In this document: piece by piece, positions 61,901-64,000 of the stretch
Layout of the letters: the number at the start of each line of letters is the position of its first letter
Numbering within the stretch: the stretch's first letter is position 1
DNA from: Paraphysomonas bandaiensis
Taxonomy: Eukaryota > Protista > Chrysophyceae
Direction: 5' to 3'
Length of the DNA: 64,000 bases
Assembly: GCA_965644295.1 (NCBI GenBank)
Contig: CBFFRP010000577.1
Coordinates: forward strand, 1-64,000
Made by a program: the position numbers and the translations under genes
The notes under the pieces: generated by a model
Database searches by the model: none
What the model was told of the DNA's origin: nothing
Seen by the model: the letters and a program-made list of their open reading frames with translations, nothing else

Positions 61901-64000
61901 AGTGAGCCAACGTCGACGACAACTGTGTTTCCCACGAGTGTGAATACTTCGTTGTTTCCTTCAACGACTCCATCCGTCACACTACCTAGTACAGGTCCCT
62001 CAGTGAGTGAGCCAACGTCGACGACAACTGTGTTACCCACGAGTGTGAATACTTCGTTGTTTCCTTCAACGACTCCATCCGTCACACTACCTAGTACAGG
62101 TCCCTCAGTGAGTGAGCCAACGTCGACGACAACTGTGTTTCCCACGAGTGTGAATACTTCGTTGTTTCCTTCAACGACTCCATCCGTCACACTACCTAGT
62201 ACAGGTCCCTCAGTGAGTGAGCCAATGTCGACGACAACTGTGTTTCCCACGAGTGTGAATACTTCGTTGTTTCCTTCAACGACTCCATCCGTCACACTAC
62301 CTAGTACAGGTCCCTCAGTGAGTGAGCCAACGTCGACGACAACTGTGTTTCCCACGAGTGTGAATACTTCGTTGTTTCCTTCAACGACTCCATCCGTCAC
62401 ACTACCTAGTACAGGTCCCTCAGTGAGTGAGCCAACGTCGACGACAACTGTGTTACCCACGAGTGTGAATACTTCGTTGTTTCCTTCAACGACTCCATCC
62501 GTCACACTACCTAGTACAGGTCCCTCAGTGAGTGAGCCAACGTCGACGACAACTGTGTTTCCCACGAGTGTGAATACTTCGTTGTTTCCTTCAACGACTC
62601 CATCCGTCACACTACCTAGTACAGGTCCCTCAGTAAGTGAGCCAATGTCGACGACAACTGTGTTTCCCACGAGTGTGAATACTTCGTTGTTTCCTTCAAC
62701 GACTCCATCCGTCACACTACCTAGTACAGGTCCCTCAGTGAGTGAGCCAACGTCGACGACAACTGTGTTTCCCACGAGTGTGAATACTTCGTTGTTTCCT
62801 TCAACGACTCCATCCGTCACACTACCTAGTACAGGTCCCTCAGTGAGTGAGCCAACGTCGACGACAACTGTGTTACCCACGAGTGTGAATACTTCGTTGT
62901 TTCCTTCAACGACTCCATCCGTCACACTACCTAGTACAGGTCCCTCAGTGAGTGAGCCAACGTCGACGACAACTGTGTTTCCCACGAGTGTGAATACTTC
63001 GTTGTTTCCTTCAACGACTCCATCCGTCACACTACCTAGTACAGGTCCCTCAGTGAGTGAGCCAACGTCGACGACAACTGTGTTTCCCACGAGTGTGAAT
63101 ACTTCGTTGTTTCCTTCAACAACTCCATCCGTCACACTACCTAGTACAGGTCCCTCAGTGAGTGAGCCAACGTCGACGACAACTGTGTTTCCCACGAGTG
63201 TGAATACTTCGTTGTTTCCTTCAACGACTCCATCCGTCACACTACCTAGTACAGGTCCCTCAGTGAGTGAGCCAACGTCGACGACAACTGTGTTTCCCAC
63301 GAGTGTGAATACTTCGTTGTTTCCTTCAACGACTCCATCCGTCACACTACCTAGTACAGGTCCCTCAGTGAGTGAGCCAACGTCGACAACAACTGTGTTT
63401 CCCACGAGTGTGAATACTTCGTTGTTTCCTTCAACGACTCCATCCGTCACACTACCTAGTACAGGTCCCTCAGTGAGTGAGCCAACGTCGACGACAACTG
63501 TGTTTCCCACGAGTGTGAATACTTCGTTGTTTCCTTCAACGACTCCATCCGTCACACTACCTAGTACAGGTCCCTCAGTAAGTGAGCCAACGTCGACGAC
63601 AACTGTGTTTCCCACGAGTGTGAATACTTCGTTGTTTCCTTCAACAACTCCATCCGTCACACTACCTAGTACAGGTCCCTCAGTGAGTGAGCCAACGTCG
63701 ACGACAACTGTGTTTCCCACGAGTGTGAATACTTCGTTGTTTCCTTCAACGACTCCATCCGTCACACTACCTAGTACAGGTCCCTCAGTGAGTGAGCCAA
63801 CGTCGACGACAACTGTGTTTCCCACGAGTGTGAATACTTCGTTGTTTCCTTCAACGACTCCATCCGTCACACTACCTAGTACAGGTCCCTCAGTGAGTGA
63901 GCCAACGTCGACAACAACTGTGTTTCCCACGAGTGTGAATACTTCGTTGTTTCCTTCAACGACTCCATCCGTCACACTACCTAGTACAGGTCCCTCAGTG
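49949..64000 (+). CDS. Giant secreted mucin-like Pro/Ser/Thr repeat protein (3' incomplete)
   Basis: Frame read by hand. After TGA at 49943, ATG 49949 gives MKLYQCMCWWAVLNLVNC (signal-like), about 100 unique aa and KKSPKQSGKRKRHSKRRPRKKKRHHHHHKKKR. It then repeats FPTSVNTSLFPSTTPSVTLPSTGPSVSEPTSTTTV with no stop to the window end. Confidence 0.8.
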   Translation, partial: MKLYQCMCWWAVLNLVNCFKLSGRTWMRRSDKSDELKFVSIASNPQLRDHFESAVESSDPLDNDKPQQPAGVESGAHSLSNQNQTASPTLDTALPTVTPTASFIYILVPRPTYNKPLMQKNAKKSPKQSGKRKRHSKRRPRKKKRHHHHHKKKRTTKPTNIITEFPTSVNTSLFPSTTPSVTLPSTGPSVSEPTSTTTVFPTSVNTSLFPSTTPSVTLPSTGPSVSEPTSTTTVFPTSVNTSLFPSTTPSVTLPSTGPSVSEPTSTTTVFPTSVNTSLFPSTTPSVTLPSTGPSVSEPTSTTTVFPTSVNTSLFPSTTPSVTLPSTGPSVSEPTSTTTVFPTSVNTSLFPSTTPSVTLPSTGPSVSEPTSTTTVFPTSVNTSLFPSTTPSVTLPSTGPSVSEPTSTTTVFPTSVNTSLFPSTTPSVTLPSTGPSVSEPTSTTTVFPTSVNTSLFPSTTPSVTLPSTGPSVSEPTSTTTVFPTSVNTSLFPSTTPSVTLPSTGPSVSEPTSTTTVFPTSVNTSLFPSTTPSVTLPSTGPSVSEPTSTTTVFPTSVNTSLFPSTTPSVTLPSTGPSVSEPTSTTTVFPTSVNTSLFPSTTPSVTLPSTGPSVSEPTSTTTVFPTSVNTSLFPSTTPSVTLPSTGPSVSEPTSTTTVFPTSVNTSLFPSTTPSVTLPSTGPSVSEPTSTTTVFPTSVNTSLFPSTTPSVTLPSTGPSVSEPTSTTTVFPTSVNTSLFPSTTPSVTLPSTGPSVSEPTSTTTVFPTSVNTSLFPSTTPSVTLPSTGPSVSEPTSTTTVFPTSVNTSLFPSTTPSVTLPSTGPSVSEPTSTTTVFPTSVNTSLFPSTTPSVTLPSTGPSVSEPTSTTTVFPTSVNTSLFPSTTPSVTLPSTGPSVSEPTSTTTVFPTSVNTSLFPSTTPSVTLPSTGPSVSEPTSTTTVFPTSVNTSLFPSTTPSVTLPSTGPSVSEPTSTTTVFPTSVNTSLFPSTTPSVTLPSTGPSVSEPTSTTTVFPTSVNTSLFPSTTPSVTLPSTGPSVSEPTSTTTVFPTSVNTSLFPSTTPSVTLPSTGPSVSEPTSTTTVFPTSVNTSLFPSTTPSVTLPSTGPSPTTPSVTLPSTGPSVSEPTSTTTVFPTSVNTSLFPSTTPSVTLPSTGPSVSEPTSTTTVFPTSVNTSLFPSTTPSVTLPSTGPSVSEPTSTTTVFPTSVNTSLFPSTTPSVTLPSTGPSVSEPTSTTTVFPTSVNTSLFPSTTPSVTLPSTGPSVSEPTSTTTVFPTSVNTSLFPSTTPSVTLPSTGPSVSEPTSTTTVFPTSVNTSLFPSTTPSVTLPSTGPSVSEPTSTTTVFPTSVNTSLFPSTTPSVTLPSTGPSVSEPTSTTTVFPTSVNTSLFPSTTPSVTLPSTGPSVSEPTSTTTVFPTSVNTSLFPSTTPSVTLPSTGPSVSEPTSTTTVFPTSVNTSLFPSTTPSVTLPSTGPSVSEPTSTTTVFPTSVNTSLFPSTTPSVTLPSTGPSVSEPTSTTTVFPTSVNTSLFPSTTPSVTLPSTGPSVSEPTSTTTVFPTSVNTSLFPSTTPSVTLPSTGPSVSEPTSTTTVFPTSVNTSLFPSTTPSVTLPSTGPSVSEPTSTTTVFPTSVNTSLFPSTTPSVTLPSTGPSVSEPTSTTTVFPTSVNTSLFPSTTPSVTLPSTGPSVSEPTSTTTVFPTSVNTSLFPSTTPSVTLPSTGPSVSEPTSTTTVFPTSVNTSLFPSTTPSVTLPSTGPSVSEPTSTTTVFPTSVNTSLFPSTTPSVTLPSTGPSVSEPTSTTTVFPTSVNTSLFPSTTPSVTLPSTGPSVSEPTSTTTVFPTSVNTSLFPSTTPSVTLPSTGPSVSEPTSTTTVFPTSVNTSLFPSTTPSVTLPSTGPSVSEPTSTTTVFPTSVNTSLFPSTTPSVTLPSTGPSVSEPTSTTTVFPTSVNTSLFPSTTPSVTLPSTGPSVSEPTSTTTVFPTSVNTSLFPSTTPSVTLPSTGPSVSEPTSTTTVFPTSVNTSLFPSTTPSVTLPSTGPSVSEPTSTTTVFPTSVNTSLFPSTTPSVTLPSTGPSVSEPTSTTTVFPTSVNTSLFPSTTPSVTLPSTGPSVSEPTSTTTVFPTSVNTSLFPSTTPSVTLPSTGPSVSEPTSTTTVFPTSVNTSLFPSTTPSVTLPSTGPSVSEPTSTTTVFPTSVNTSLFPSTTPSVTLPSTGPSVSEPTSTTTVFPTSVNTSLFPSTTPSVTLPSTGPSVSEPTSTTTVFPTSVNTSLFPSTTPSVTLPSTGPSVSEPTSTTTVFPTSVNTSLFPSTTPSVTLPSTGPSVSEPTSTTTVFPTSVNTSLFPSTTPSVTQPSTGPSVSEPTSTTTVFPTSVNTSLFPSTTPSVTLPSTGPSVSEPTSTTTVFPTSVNTSLFPSTTPSVTLPSTGPSVSEPTSTTTVFPTSVNTSLFPSTTPSVTLPSTGPSVSEPTSTTTVFPTSVNTSLFPSTTPSVTLPSTGPSVSEPTSTTTVFPTSVNTSLFPSTTPSVTLPSTGPSVSEPTSTTTVFPTSVNTSLFPSTTPSVTLPSTGPSVSEPTSTTTVFPTSVNTSLFPSTTPSVTLPSTGPSVSEPTSTTTVFPTSVNTSLFPSTTPSVTLPSTGPSVSEPTSTTTVFPTSVNTSLFPSTTPSVTLPSTGPSVSEPTSTTTVFPTSVNTSLFPSTTPSVTLPSTGPSVSEPTSTTTVFPTSVNTSLFPSTTPSVTLPSTGPSVSEPTSTTTVFPTSVNTSLFPSTTPSVTLPSTGPSVSEPTSTTTVFPTSVNTSLFPSTTPSVTLPSTGPSVSEPTSTTTVFPTSVNTSLFPSTTPSVTLPSTGPSVSEPTSTTTVFPTSVNTSLFPSTTPSVTLPSTGPSVSEPTSTTTVFPTSVNTSLFPSTTPSVTLPSTGPSVSEPTSTTTVFPTSVNTSLFPSTTPSVTLPSTGPSVSEPTSTTTVFPTSVNTSLFPSTTPSVTLPSTGPSVSEPTSTTTVFPTSVNTSLFPSTTPSVTLPSTGPSVSEPTSTTTVFPTSVNTSLFPSTTPSVTLPSTGPSVSEPTSTTTVFPTSVNTSLFPSTTPSVTLPSTGPSVSEPTSTTTVFPTSVNTSLFPSTTPSVTLPSTGPSVSEPTSTTTVFPTSVNTSLFPSTTPSVTLPSTGPSVSEPTSTTTVFPTSVNTSLFPSTTPSVTLPSTGPSVSEPTSTTTVFPTSVNTSLFPSTTPSVTLPSTGPSVSEPTSTTTVFPTSVNTSLFPSTTPSVTLPSTGPSVSEPTSTTTVFPTSVNTSLFPSTTPSVTLPSTGPSVSEPMSTTTVFPTSVNTSLFPSTTPSVTLPSTGPSVSEPTSTTTVFPTSVNTSLFPSTTPSVTLPSTGPSVSEPTSTTTVLPTSVNTSLFPSTTPSVTLPSTGPSVSEPTSTTTVFPTSVNTSLFPSTTPSVTLPSTGPSVSEPMSTTTVFPTSVNTSLFPSTTPSVTLPSTGPSVSEPTSTTTVFPTSVNTSLFPSTTPSVTLPSTGPSVSEPTSTTTVLPTSVNTSLFPSTTPSVTLPSTGPSVSEPTSTTTVFPTSVNTSLFPSTTPSVTLPSTGPSVSEPMSTTTVFPTSVNTSLFPSTTPSVTLPSTGPSVSEPTSTTTVFPTSVNTSLFPSTTPSVTLPSTGPSVSEPTSTTTVLPTSVNTSLFPSTTPSVTLPSTGPSVSEPTSTTTVFPTSVNTSLFPSTTPSVTQPSTGPSVSEPTSTTTVFPTSVNTSLFPSTTPSVTLPSTGPSVSEPTSTTTVLPTSVNTSLFPSTTPSVTLPSTGPSVSEPTSTTTVFPTSVNTSLFPSTTPSVTLPSTGPSVSEPMSTTTVFPTSVNTSLFPSTTPSVTLPSTGPSVSEPTSTTTVFPTSVNTSLFPSTTPSVTLPSTGPSVSEPTSTTTVLPTSVNTSLFPSTTPSVTLPSTGPSVSEPTSTTTVFPTSVNTSLFPSTTPSVTLPSTGPSVSEPMSTTTVFPTSVNTSLFPSTTPSVTLPSTGPSVSEPTSTTTVFPTSVNTSLFPSTTPSVTLPSTGPSVSEPTSTTTVLPTSVNTSLFPSTTPSVTLPSTGPSVSEPTSTTTVFPTSVNTSLFPSTTPSVTLPSTGPSVSEPMSTTTVFPTSVNTSLFPSTTPSVTLPSTGPSVSEPTSTTTVFPTSVNTSLFPSTTPSVTLPSTGPSVSEPTSTTTVLPTSVNTSLFPSTTPSVTLPSTGPSVSEPTSTTTVFPTSVNTSLFPSTTPSVTLPSTGPSVSEPMSTTTVFPTSVNTSLFPSTTPSVTLPSTGPSVSEPTSTTTVFPTSVNTSLFPSTTPSVTLPSTGPSVSEPTSTTTVLPTSVNTSLFPSTTPSVTLPSTGPSVSEPTSTTTVFPTSVNTSLFPSTTPSVTLPSTGPSVSEPTSTTTVFPTSVNTSLFPSTTPSVTLPSTGPSVSEPTSTTTVFPTSVNTSLFPSTTPSVTLPSTGPSVSEPTSTTTVFPTSVNTSLFPSTTPSVTLPSTGPSVSEPTSTTTVFPTSVNTSLFPSTTPSVTLPSTGPSVSEPTSTTTVFPTSVNTSLFPSTTPSVTLPSTGPSVSEPTSTTTVFPTSVNTSLFPSTTPSVTLPSTGPSVSEPTSTTTVFPTSVNTSLFPSTTPSVTLPSTGPSVSEPTSTTTVFPTSVNTSLFPSTTPSVTLPSTGPSVSEPTSTTTVFPTSVNTSLFPSTTPSVTLPSTGPSV
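50441..64000 (+). repeat. 105-bp tandem array, about 129 copies in window
   Basis: Near-identical 105-bp units, with one 42-bp truncated unit at about 53246-53287. Confidence 0.99.

Noticed and set aside
50284-63975. 4563-aa minus-strand Val/Gly-rich ORF
   Set aside because: Most likely an antisense shadow: any stop-free frame of a 105-bp unit stays open across the array. The + frame has a start, signal peptide and unique N-terminus. The SNP pattern alone does not settle the strand.
50441-64000. CRISPR array
   Set aside because: Units are contiguous and nearly identical with no unique spacers; no cas genes; eukaryotic context.

Overview
Eukaryotic nuclear DNA with short GT-AG introns; a stramenopile-like protist is inferred from RPL3 and gene style, but not proven. 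(1) 1-5642 is the terminal part of an AT-rich endogenous Polinton-like virus (PLV). It carries a minor capsid gene, a basic core-like gene, small paralogous ORFs and an AG-rich terminus. Its major capsid gene is cut at 2150/2151 by an LTR-retrotransposon-like insertion (gag at 94-1716). (2) 5650-9900 holds decayed repeats: a hAT-type MITE, a long inverted repeat, and a ~0.5 kb TSD-flanked retroposon whose 5' end folds like an HDV-type ribozyme. The best-preserved copy of that retroposon is at 24969-25494. (3) 9900-49400 holds host genes arranged mostly as head-to-head pairs: RPL3/NDUFAF4-like, MaoC dehydratase/Chorein-N+EDR2_C, EDR2_C/RMD1-like, Sfi1-like/pectinacetylesterase-ABCG fusion and MYND/amino-acid transporter. 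An IBR-domain ORF and ALG8 follow. (4) 49949 to the window end is a giant + strand ORF missing from the ORF track: signal peptide, polybasic K/R/H patch, then ~129 near-identical 35-aa Pro/Ser/Thr repeats. Most notable: the retroelement nested in the PLV capsid gene, the ribozyme-headed retroposon family, the doubly degenerate esterase-ABCG fusion and the giant mucin-like gene. All protein family calls come from recognising motifs by eye; no searches were run.
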